Positions 54,101 to 64,000 of a stretch of DNA of 64,000 nucleotides are shown one piece after another. A model generated the notes under the pieces. That model did no database searches and had not been told where the DNA came from. It saw nothing but the letters and a program-made list of their open reading frames with translations. Origin of the DNA: Bugula neritina (Eukaryota > Animalia > Bryozoa); assembly GCA_964035545.1 (NCBI GenBank), contig CAXIUT010000126.1:186001-250000 (forward strand), read 5' to 3'. The stretch's first letter is position 1; each line of letters begins with the position of its first letter. A program made the position numbers and the translations under genes.

Positions 54101-57100
54101 TGTGGTGTATTTCAGTATGTTACAGTGTATTTCAGCATGTTGCAGTATGTTTCAATATGTTACAGTGTATTTCAGTATTTTGCAGTATATTTCAGTGAGT
54201 TGCAGTGTATTTCAGTATGTTGCAGTATTTTTCAATGTGTTGCAGTGTATTTCAATATGTTACAGCATATTCCAGTATGTTGCAGTATGTTGCAGTGTAG
54301 TTCAGTATATTACATTGTATTTCAGTATGTTGCAGTTTATTTCAGTATGTAGCAGGGTATTTCAGTATGTTGCAGTGCATTTCAGTATGCTACAGCATAT
54401 TTCAGTATGTTGCAGTATATCGCAATGTGTCGCAGTATATTTCAGTATGTTGCTGTATATTTCAATGTGTTACAGTGTTTTTCAGTATATTACCATATAT
54501 TTAGATATGTTGCAGTATGTTTCAATGTGTTGCAGTGTATTTCAGTATGTAGCAGTGTATTTCAGTATGTTGCAGTGTGTTGCAGTGTAATTCAGTATAT
54601 TACATTGTATTTCAGTGTGTTGCAGTTCATTTCAGTATGTAGCAGGGTATTTCAGTTTAGTGCAGTATATTTCAGTATGCTGCAGTATATTTCAGTGTGT
54701 TACTGTTTTTTCCAGTATGTTACAACACATTTCCGTATATTACACTATATTTCAGCGAGTTACAGTATATTTCAATGTGTTGCAGTGTATTTCAATATGT
54801 TACAGTGTATTTCAGCATGTTGTAGTTTTTTGCAGAATATTTCAGTGTGTTGCAGTGTACTTCAGTATTTTGCAGTATTTTTCAATGTGTTACAGTATAT
54901 TTCGGTATATTACCGTATATTTAGGTATGTTTCAGTATATTTCAATCTGTTGCAGTGTATTTCAATATGTTGTAGTATGTTGCAGTGTATTTCAGTATGT
55001 TACAGTGTATTTCAGTATGTTGCAGTATATTTCAGTATGTTACAGTGTATTTCAGTATGTTGCAGTATATTTCAGTGTGTTACAGTGTATTTCAGTATGT
55101 TGTAGTATATTTCAGTGTGTTACAGTATATTTCAGTATGTTGCAGTATTTTTCAATGTGTTGCAGTGTATTTCAATATGTTACAGCGTATTTCAGTATGT
55201 TGCAGTGTATTTCAGTATGTAGCAGGGTATTTCAGTATGTTGCAGTGCATTTTAGTATGCTACAGCATATTTCAGTATGTTGCAGTGTATTGCAATGTGT
55301 CGCAGTATATTTCAGTATGTTGCTGTATATTTCAATGTGTTACAGTATATTTCAGTAGTTTACCATACATTTCGGTACGTTGCAGTATATTTCAATGTGT
55401 TGCAGTGTATTTCAATATGTTACAGTGTATTTCAGTATGTTGTAGTATTTTGCCGCGTATTTCAGTATGTTGCAGTATCTTGCAGTGTATTTCAGTATGT
55501 TGCAGTATTTTTCAATGTGTTACCGTATATTTCAGTATATTACCATATATTTAGGTATGTTGCAGTATATTTCAATGTGTTGCAGTGTATTTCAATATGT
55601 TCTAGTAATTTGTGGTGTATTTCAGTATGTTACAGTGTATTTCAGTATGTTGCAGTATGTTTCAATATGTTACAGTGTATTTCAGTATTTTGCAGTATAT
55701 TTCAGTGAGTTGCAGTGTATTTCAGTGTGCTACAGCATATTTCAGTATGTTGCAAAATATTGCAATGTGTCGCAGTATGTTGCAGTATTTTTCAATGTGT
55801 TACAGTATATTTCAGTAGTTTACCATATATTTCGGTATGTTGCAGTATATTTCAATGTGTTGCAGTGTATATCAATATGTTACAGTGTATTTGAGCATGT
55901 TGTAGTATTTTGCAGTGTATTTCAGTATGTTACAGTGTATTTCAGTATGTTGCAGTATATTTCAATATGTTACAGTGTATTTCAGTATTTTGCAGTATAT
56001 TTCAGTGAGCTGCAGTGTATTTCAGTGTGCTACAGCATATTTCAGTATGTTACAGTATATTGCAATGTGTCGCAGTGTATTTCAGTATGTTGCAGTATTT
56101 TTCAAGGTGTTACAGTATATTTCAGTAGTTTACCATATATTTCGGTATGTTGCAGTATATTTCAATGTGTTGCAGTGTATATCAATATGTTACAGTGTAT
56201 TTGAGCATGTTGTAGTATTTTGCAGTGTATTTCAGTGTGTTGCAGTGTATTTCAGTATTTTGCAGTATTTTTCAATGTGTTACAGTGTATTTCGGTATAT
56301 TACCGTATATTTAAGTATGTCGCAGTATACTTCAGTATGTTGCCGTATGTTTCAGTGTGTTGCAGTATATTTCATTTAGTTGCAGTGTATTTCAATTTGT
56401 TCCAGTGTATGTCAGTATAATGCAGTATGTTGCAGTGTGTTTCAGTATGTTACAGTGTATTTCAGTATGTTGCAGTATCTTGCAGTACATTTCAGTATGT
56501 TTTAGTATGTAGCAGTGTATTTCAGTATGTTGCAGTATATTTCAGTATGTTGCAGTATATTTCAGTGTGTTACTGTTTTTTCCAGTATGTTACAACACAT
56601 TTCCGTATATTAAACTATATTTCAGCGAGTTACAGTATATTTCAATGTGTTGCAGTGTATTGCAATATGTTACAGCGTATTTCGGTATGTTGCAGTGTGT
56701 TGCAGTGTAATTCAGTATATTACATTGTATTTCAGTGTGTTGCAGTTCATTTCAATATGTAGCAGGGTATTTCAGTATAGTGCAGTGTATTTCAGTATGC
56801 TACAGCATATTTCAGTATGTTGCAGTATATTGCAATGTGTCGCAGTATATTTCAGTATGTTGCAGTACGTTGCAGTATGTTTCAATATGTTACGGTGTAT
56901 TTCAGCATAATGCAGTATATTTCAGTGAGTTGCAGTGTATTTCAGTGTGCTACAGCATATTTCAGTATGTTACAGTATATTGCAATGTGTCGCAGTATAT
57001 TTCAGTATGTTGCAGTATTTTTCAATGTGTTACAGTATATTTCATTAGTTTACCATATACGTCGGTGTGTTGCAGTATATTTCAATGTGTTGCAGTGTAT

Positions 57101-60100
57101 TTCAATATGTTACAGTGTATTTCAGCATGTTGTAGTTTTTTGCAGAATATTTCAGTGTGTTGCAGTGTACTTTAGTATTTTGCAGTATTTTTCATTGTGT
57201 TACAGTATATTTCGGTATATTACCGTATATTTAGGTATGTTTCAGTATATTTCAATCTGTTGCAGTGTATTTCAATATGTTGTAGTATGTTGCAGTGTAT
57301 TTCAGTATGTTACAGTGTATTTCAGTATGTTGCAGTATATTTCAGTATGTTACAGTGTATTTCAGTATGTTGCAGTATATTTCAGTGTGTTACAGTGTAT
57401 TTCAGTATGTTGTAGTATATTTCAGTGTGTTACAGTATATTTCAGTATGTTGCAGTATTTTTCAATGTGTTGCAGTGTATTTCAATATGTTACAGCGTAT
57501 TTCAGTATGTTGCAGTGTATTTCAGTATGTAGCAGGGTATTTCAGTATGTTGCAGTGCATTTCAGTATGCTACAGCATATTTCTGTATGTTGCAGTATAT
57601 TGCAATGTGTCGCAGTATATTTCAGTATGTTGCTGTATATTTCAATGTGTTACAGTATATTTCAGTAGTTTACCATACATTTCGGTACGTTGCAGTATAT
57701 TTCAATGTGTTGCAGTGTATTTCAATATGTTACAGTGTATTTCAGTATGTTGTAGTATTTTGCCGCGTATTTCAGTATGTTGCAGTATCTTGCAGTGTAT
57801 TTCAGTATGTTGCAGTATTTTTCAATGTGTTACCGTATATTTCAGTATATTACCATATATTTAGGTATGTTGCAGTATATTTCAATGTGTTGCAGTGTAT
57901 TTCAATATGTTCTAGTAATTTGTGGTGTATTTCAGTATGTTACAGTGTATTTCAGTATGTTGCAGTATGTTTCAATATGTTACAGTGTATTTCAGTATTT
58001 TGCAGTATATTTCAGTGAGTTGCAGTGTATTTCAGTGTGCTACAGCATATTTCAGTATGTTGCAAAATATTGCAATGTGTCGCAGTATGTTGCAGTATTT
58101 TTCAATGTGTTACAGTATATTTCAGTAGTTTACCATATATTTCGGTATGTTGCAGTATATTTCAATGTGTTGCAGTGTATATCAATATGTTACAGTGTAT
58201 TTGAGCATGTTGTAGTATTTTGCAGTGTATTTCAGAATGTTACAGTGTATTTCAGTATGTTGCAGTATGTTTCAATATGTTACAGTGTATTTCAGTATTT
58301 TGCAGTATATTCTAGTGAGTTGCAGTGTATTTCAGTGTGCTACAGCATATTTCAGTATGTTACAGTATATTGCAATGTGTCGCAGTGTATTTCAGTATGT
58401 TGCAGAATTTTTCAAGGTGTTACAGTATATTTCAGTAGTTTACCATATATTTCGGTATGTTGCAGTATATTTCAATGTGTTGCAGTGTATATCAATATGT
58501 TACAGTGTATTTGAGCATGTTGTAGTATTTTGCAGTGTATTTCAGTGTGTTGCAGTGTATTTCAGTATTTTGCAGTATTTTTCAATGTGTTACAGTGTAT
58601 TTCGGTATATTACCGTATATTTAAGTATGTCGCAGTATACTTCAGTATGTTGCCGTATGTTTCAGTGTGTTGCAGTATATTTCATTTAGTTGCAGTGTAT
58701 TTCAATTTGTTCCAGTGTATGTCAGTATAATGCAGTATGTTGCAGTGTGTTTCAGTATGTTACAGTGTATTTCAGTATGTTGCAGTATCTTGCAGTACAT
58801 TTCAGTATGTTTTAGTATGTAGCAGTGTATTTCAGTATGTTGCAGTATATTTCAGTATGTTGCAGTATATTTCAGTGTGTTACTGTTTTTTCCAGTATGT
58901 TACAACACATTTCCGTATATTAAACTATATTTCAGCGAGTTACAGTATATTTCAATGTGTTGCAGTGTATTGCAATATGTTACAGCGTATTTCGGTATGT
59001 TGCAGTGTGTTGCAGTGTAATTCAGTATATTACATTGTATTTCAGTGTGTTGCAGTTCATTTCAATATGTAGCAGGGTATTTCAGTATAGTGCAGTGTAT
59101 TTCAGTATGCTACAGCATATTTCAGTATGTTGCAGTATATTGCAATGTGTCGCAGTATATTTCAGTATGTTGCAGTACGTTGCAGTATGTTTCAATATGT
59201 TACGGTGTATTTCAGCATGTTGCAGTATATTTCAGTGAGTTGCAGTGTATTTCAGTGTGCTACAGCATATTTCAGTATGTTACAGTATATTGCAATGTGT
59301 CGCAGTATATTTCAGTATGTTGCAGTATTTTTCAATGTGTTACAGTATATTTCATTAGTTCACCATCTACTTCGGTGTGTTGCAGTATATTTCAATGTGT
59401 TGCAGTGTATTTCAATATGTTACAGTGTATTTCAGCATGTTGTAGTTTTTTGCAGAATATTTCAGTGTGTTGCAGTGTACTTTAGTATTTTGCAGTATTT
59501 TTCAATGTGTTACAGTATATTTCGGTATATTACCGTATATTTAGGTATGTTTCAGTATATTTCAATCTGTTGCAGTGTATTTCAATATGTTGTAGTATGT
59601 TGCAGTGTATTTCAGTATGTTACAGTGTATTTCAGTATGTTGCAGTATATTTCAGTATGTTACAGTGTATTTCAGTATGTTGCAGTATATTTCAGTGTGT
59701 TACAGTGTATTTCAGTATGTTGTAGTATATTTCAGTGTGTTACAGTATATTTCAGTATGTTGCAGTATTTTTCAATGTGTTGCAGTGTATTTCAATATGT
59801 TACAGCGTATTTCAGTATGTTGCAGTGTATTTCAGTATGTAGCAGGGTATTTCAGTATGTTGCAGTGCATTTCAGTATGCTACAGCATATTTCGGTATGT
59901 TGCAGTATATTGCAATGTGTCGCAGTATATTTCAGTATGTTGCTGTATATTTCAATGTGTTACAGTATATTTCAGTAGTTTATCATACATTTCGGTACGT
60001 TGCAGTATATTTCAATGTGTTGCAGTGTATTTCAATATGTTACAGTGTATTTCAGTATGTTGTAGTATTTTGCCGCGTATTTCAGTATGTTGCAGTATCT

Positions 60101-60600
60101 TGCAGTGTATTTCAGTATGTTGCAGTATTTTTCAATGTGTTACCGTATATTTCAGTATATTACCATATATTTAGGTATGTTGCAGTATATTTCAATGTGT
60201 TGCAGTGTATTTCAATATGTTCTAGTAATTTGTGGTGTATTTCAGTATGTTACAGTGTATTTCAGTATGTTGCAGTATGTTTCAATATGTTACAGTGTAT
60301 TTCAGTATTTTGCAGTATATTTCAGTGAGTTGCAGTGTATTTCAGTGTGCTACAGCATATTTCAGTATGTTGCAAAATATTGCAATGTGTCGCAGTATGT
60401 TGCAGTATTTTTCAATGTGTTACCGTATATTTCAGTATATTACCATATATTTAGGTATGTTGCAGTATATTTCAATGTGTTGCAGTGTATTTCAATATGT
60501 TCTAGTTATTTGTGGTGTATTTCAGTATGTTACAGTGTATTTCAGCATGTTGCAGTATGTTTCAATATGTTACAGTGTATTTCAGTATTTTGCAGTATAT
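6147..60600. repeat. ~2,310-bp (231-monomer) higher-order repeat and rearranged derivatives within the satellite
   Basis: The rare variant TGCCGCGTAT occurs at 6541, 8811, 12181, 13941, 17311, 19621, 22251, 25201, 28451, 31081, 33671, 35981, 39401, 41711, 44021, 49041, 51351, 53661, 55451, 57761 and 60071. The most frequent spacing is exactly 2,310. Matching ORF-track entries recur at the same offset (32130/34440, 40170/42480, 49810/52120, 56220/58530). Confidence 0.92.
8411..18670. repeat. 5,130-bp tandem segmental duplication inside the satellite (~8411-13540 / ~13541-18670)
   Basis: Private variants are paired at exactly +5,130: tatcgtatat 8881/14011, attaatatgt 9231/14361, ttcagcgaga 9981/15111, tacactctat 11021/16151, ttcaatcggt 11671/16801. 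Confidence 0.92.
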
Positions 60601-63600
60601 TTCAGTGAGTTGCAGTGTATTTCAGTGTGCTACAGCATATTTCAGTATGTTGCAGTATATTGCAATGTGTCGCAGTATGTTGCAGTATTTTTCAATGTGT
60701 TACAGTATATTTCAGTAGTTTACCATATATTTCGGTATGTTGCAGTATATTTCAATGTGTTGCAGTGTATATCAATATGTTACAGTGTATTTGAGCATGT
60801 TGTAGTATTTTGCAGTGTATTTCAGTATGTTACAGTGTATTTCAGTATGTTGCAGTATGTTTCAATATGTTACAGTGTATTTCAGTATTTTGCAGTATAT
60901 TTCAGTGAGTTGCAGTGTATTTCAGTGTGCTACAGCATATTTCAGTATGTTACAGTATATTGCAATGTGTCGCAGTGTATTTCAGTATGTTGCAGTATTT
61001 TTCAATGTGTTACAGTGTATTTCGGTATATTACCGTATATTTAGGTATGTCGCAGTATATTTCAGTATGTTGCCGTATGTTTCAGTGTGTTGCAGTGTAT
61101 TTCATTTAGTTGCAGTGTATTTCAATTTGTTCCAGTGTATGTCAGTATAATGCAGTATGTTGCAGTGTGTTTCAGTATGTTACAGTGTATTTCAGTATGT
61201 TGCAGTATCTTGCAGTACATTTCAGTATGTTTTAGTATGTAGCAGTGTATTTCAGTATGTTGCAGTATATTTCAGTATGTTGCAGTATATTTCAGTGTGT
61301 TACTGTTTTTTCCAGTATGTTACAACACATTTCCGTATATTAAACTATATTTCAGCGAGTTACAGTATATTTCAATGTGTTGCAGTGTATATCAATATGT
61401 TACAGTGTATTTGAGCATGTTGTAGTATTTTGCAGTGTATTTCAGTTTGTTACAGTGTATTTCAGTAGGTTGCAGTATGTTGCAGTATGTTTCAATATGT
61501 TACAGTGTATTTCAGCATGTTGCAGTATATTTCAGTGAGTTGCAGTGTATTTCAGTGTGCTACAGCATATTTCAGTATGTTACAGTATATTGCAATGTGT
61601 CGCAGTGTATATCAATATGTTACAGTGTATTTGAGCATGTTGTAGTATTTTGCAGTGTATTTCAGTATGTTGCAGTATCTTGCAGTGTATTTCAGTATGT
61701 TGCAGTATTTTTCAATGTGTTACCGTCTATTTCAGTATATTACCATATATTTAGGTATGTTGCAGTATATTTCAATGTGTTGCAGTGTATTTCAATATGT
61801 TCTAGTAATTTGCAGTGTGTTTCAGTATGTTACAGTGTATTGCAGTATGTTGCAGTATGTTTCAATATGTTACAGTGTATTTCAGCATGTTGCAGTATAT
61901 TTCAGTGAGTTGCAGTGTATTTCAGTGTGCTACAGCATATTTCAGTATGTTACAGTATATTGCAATGTGTCGCAGTGTATTTCAGTATGTTGCAGTATTT
62001 TTCAATGTGTTACAGTGTATTTCGGTATATTACCGTATATTTAGGTATGTCGCAGTATATTTCAGTATGTTGCCGTATGTTTCAGTGTGTTGCAGTATAT
62101 TTCATTTTGTTGCAGTGTATTTCAATTTGTTCCAGTGTATGTCAGTTTAATGCAGTATGTTGCAGTGTGTTTCAGTATGTTACAGTGTATTTCAGTATGT
62201 TGCAGTATCTTGCAGTACATTTCAGTATGTTTTAGTATGTAGCAGTGTATTTCAGTATGTTGCAGTATATTTCAGTATGTTGCAGTATATTGCAATGTGT
62301 CGCAGTATATTTCAGTATGTTGCTGTATATTTCAATGTGTTGCAGTATATTTCAGTATGTAGCAGTGTATTTCAGTATGTTGCAGTGTGTTGCAGTGTAA
62401 TTCAGTATATTACATTGTATTTCAGTGTGTTGCAGTTCATTTCAGTATGTAGCAGGGTATTTCAGTATAGTGCAGTATATTTCAGTATGCTGCAGTATAT
62501 TTCAGTGTGTTACTGTTTTTTCCAGTATGTTACAACACATTTCCGTATATTACACTATATTTCAGCGAGTTACAGTATATTTCAATGTGTTGCAGTGTAT
62601 TGCAATATGTTACAGCGTATTTCGGTATGTTGCAGTGTGTTGCAGTGTAATTCAGTATATTACATTGTATTTCAGTGTGTAGCAGTTCATTTCAATATGT
62701 AGCAGGGTATTTCAGTATAGTGCAGTGTATTTCAGTATGCTACAGCATATTTCAGTTTGTTGCAGTATATTGCAATGTGTCGCAGTATATTTCAGTATGT
62801 TGCTGTATATTTCAATGTGTTGCAGTATATTTCAGTATGTAGCAGTGTATTTCAGTATGTTGCAGTATATTTCAGTGAGTTGCAGTAAATTCCAGTGTGC
62901 TACAACATATTTCAGTGTGTTACAGTATATTGCAATGTGTCTCAGTATATTTCAGTATGTTGCAGTATTGTTCAATGTGTTACAGTATATTTCAGTAGTT
63001 TACCATACATTTCAGGACGTCGCAGTATATTTCAATGTGTTGCAGTGTATTTCAATATGTTACAGTGTATTTCAGTATGTTGTAGTATTATGCGGCGTAT
63101 TTCAGTATGTGGCAGTATCTTGCAGTATATTTCAGCATGTTGCAGTTATTTTCAATGTGTTACAGTATGTTTCAGTATATTACCGTATATTTAGGTATGT
63201 TGCAGTATATTTCAATGTGTTGCAGTGTATTTCAATATGTTCTAGTGTTTTGCAGTGTATTTCAGTTTGTTACAGTGTATTTCAGTATGTTGCAGTATGT
63301 TGCAGTATGTTTCAATATGTTACAGTGTATTTCAGCATGTTGCAGTATATTTCAGTGAGTTGCAGTAAATTCCAGTGTGCTACAACATATTTCAGTGTGT
63401 TACAGTATATTGCAATGTGTCGCAGTATATTTCAGTATGTTGCAGTATTGTTCAATGTGTTACAGTATATTTCAGTAGTTTACCATACATTTCAGGACGT
63501 CGCAGTATATTTCAATGTGTTGCAGTGTATTTCAATATGTTACAGTGTATTTCAGTATGTTGTAGTATTATGCGGCGTATTTCAGTATGTTGCAGTATCT

Positions 63601-63860
63601 TGCAGTATATTTCAGCATGTTGCAGTTATTTTCAATGTGTTACAGTATGTTTCAGTATATTACCGTATATTTAGGTATGTTGCAGTATATTTCAATGTGT
63701 TGCAGTGTATTTCAATATGTTCTAGTGTTTTGCAGTGTATTTCAGTTTGTTACAGTGTATTTCAGTATGTTGCAGTATGTTGCAGTATGTTTCAATATGT
63801 TACAGTGTATTTCAGCATGTTGCAGTATATTTCAGTGAGTTGCAGTGTATTTCAGTGTGC
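38171..63860. repeat. 9,640-bp tandem duplication whose second copy contains a further 6,410-bp tandem duplication (~47771-54180 / ~54181-60590)
   Basis: ttagatatgt at 38451/48091/54501 and tgcagtgtag at 38241/47881/54291 (offsets 9,640 and 6,410). Variants private to the 6,410 pair: ttcagtttag 48241/54651 and tgcagaattt 51991/58401. Distal markers sit at +16,050 (=9,640+6,410): ttcaggacgt 46961/63011 and 47441/63491. Confidence 0.9.
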
Positions 63861-64000
63861 TACAGCATATTTCAGTATGTTACAGTATATTGCAATGTGT
63901 CGCAGTATATTTCAGTAGGTTGCAGTATTTTTCAATGTGTTACAGTATATTTCATTAGTTTACCATATATTTCGGTGTGTTGCAGTATATTTCAATGTGT

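Larger units (their letters stand above)
1872..64000. repeat. Tandem satellite DNA, 10-bp monomer (TT[T/G/A]CAGT[A/G]T[A/G]), predominantly as a 20-bp dimer TTTCAGTATG-TTRCAGTRTA; ~6,200 monomers, continues past the window end
   Basis: Every 10-bp block from ~1872 to 64000 is a variant of the same decamer (ttcagtatgt, tgcagtatat, tacagtgtat, ttcaatgtgt). It is head-to-tail in one orientation, with no unique-sequence insertion seen. Confidence 0.99.

Noticed and set aside
1896-63918. Hundreds of plus-strand ORFs up to 501 aa rich in C/S/V/F/Q/Y (e.g. 46675-48180), superficially like cysteine-rich or membrane repeat proteins
   Set aside because: The consensus decamer has no plus-strand stop codon, and a 10-bp period rotates through all frames, so all three frames give the same overlapping peptide. 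The minus strand is closed by TGA/TAA from TCA/TTA. There is no frame preference, and ORF ends are set by sporadic variants. These are satellite artefacts.
1872-64000. CRISPR array or other repeat-spacer system
   Set aside because: There are no unique spacers between constant repeats, since every block is a decamer variant. No cas genes are present and the context is eukaryotic rDNA.
1872-64000. Telomeric repeat array
   Set aside because: The monomer lacks the G-runs of TTAGGG/TTAGG-type repeats (TTAGG appears only as an occasional variant). Kilobase-scale higher-order structure indicates recombinational amplification, not telomerase addition.

Overview
Eukaryotic nuclear rDNA boundary with no credible protein-coding gene. 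Positions 1-768 are the 5' part of a divergent, GC-rich 18S rRNA gene on the minus strand; its 3' part lies outside the window. Upstream are a very GC-rich 5' external transcribed spacer with ~45/90-bp hairpin-forming subrepeats (769-~1496) and four tandem 70-79-bp repeats (~1497-1762) carrying a CGCAACT(A/G)(T/A)AGG motif like an RNA polymerase I start site. At ~1872 the sequence switches abruptly to an uninterrupted AT-rich satellite of more than 62 kb (~6,200 monomers of 10 bp, consensus TT[T/G/A]CAGT[A/G]T[A/G]) that runs off the window. The satellite is hierarchical: 10-mer, 20/40-mer, 280-310/480-bp modules, a ~2,310-bp higher-order repeat, and nested duplications of 2,630-9,640 bp. It keeps its 10-bp register across the array apart from one 1-bp deletion near 6146. 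The ORFs in the track are by-products of rRNA/GC-rich sequence or of the satellite. I found no new protein-based system; the notable points are the compact Pol I promoter region fused to a giant phased satellite and the readable duplication history of that satellite.
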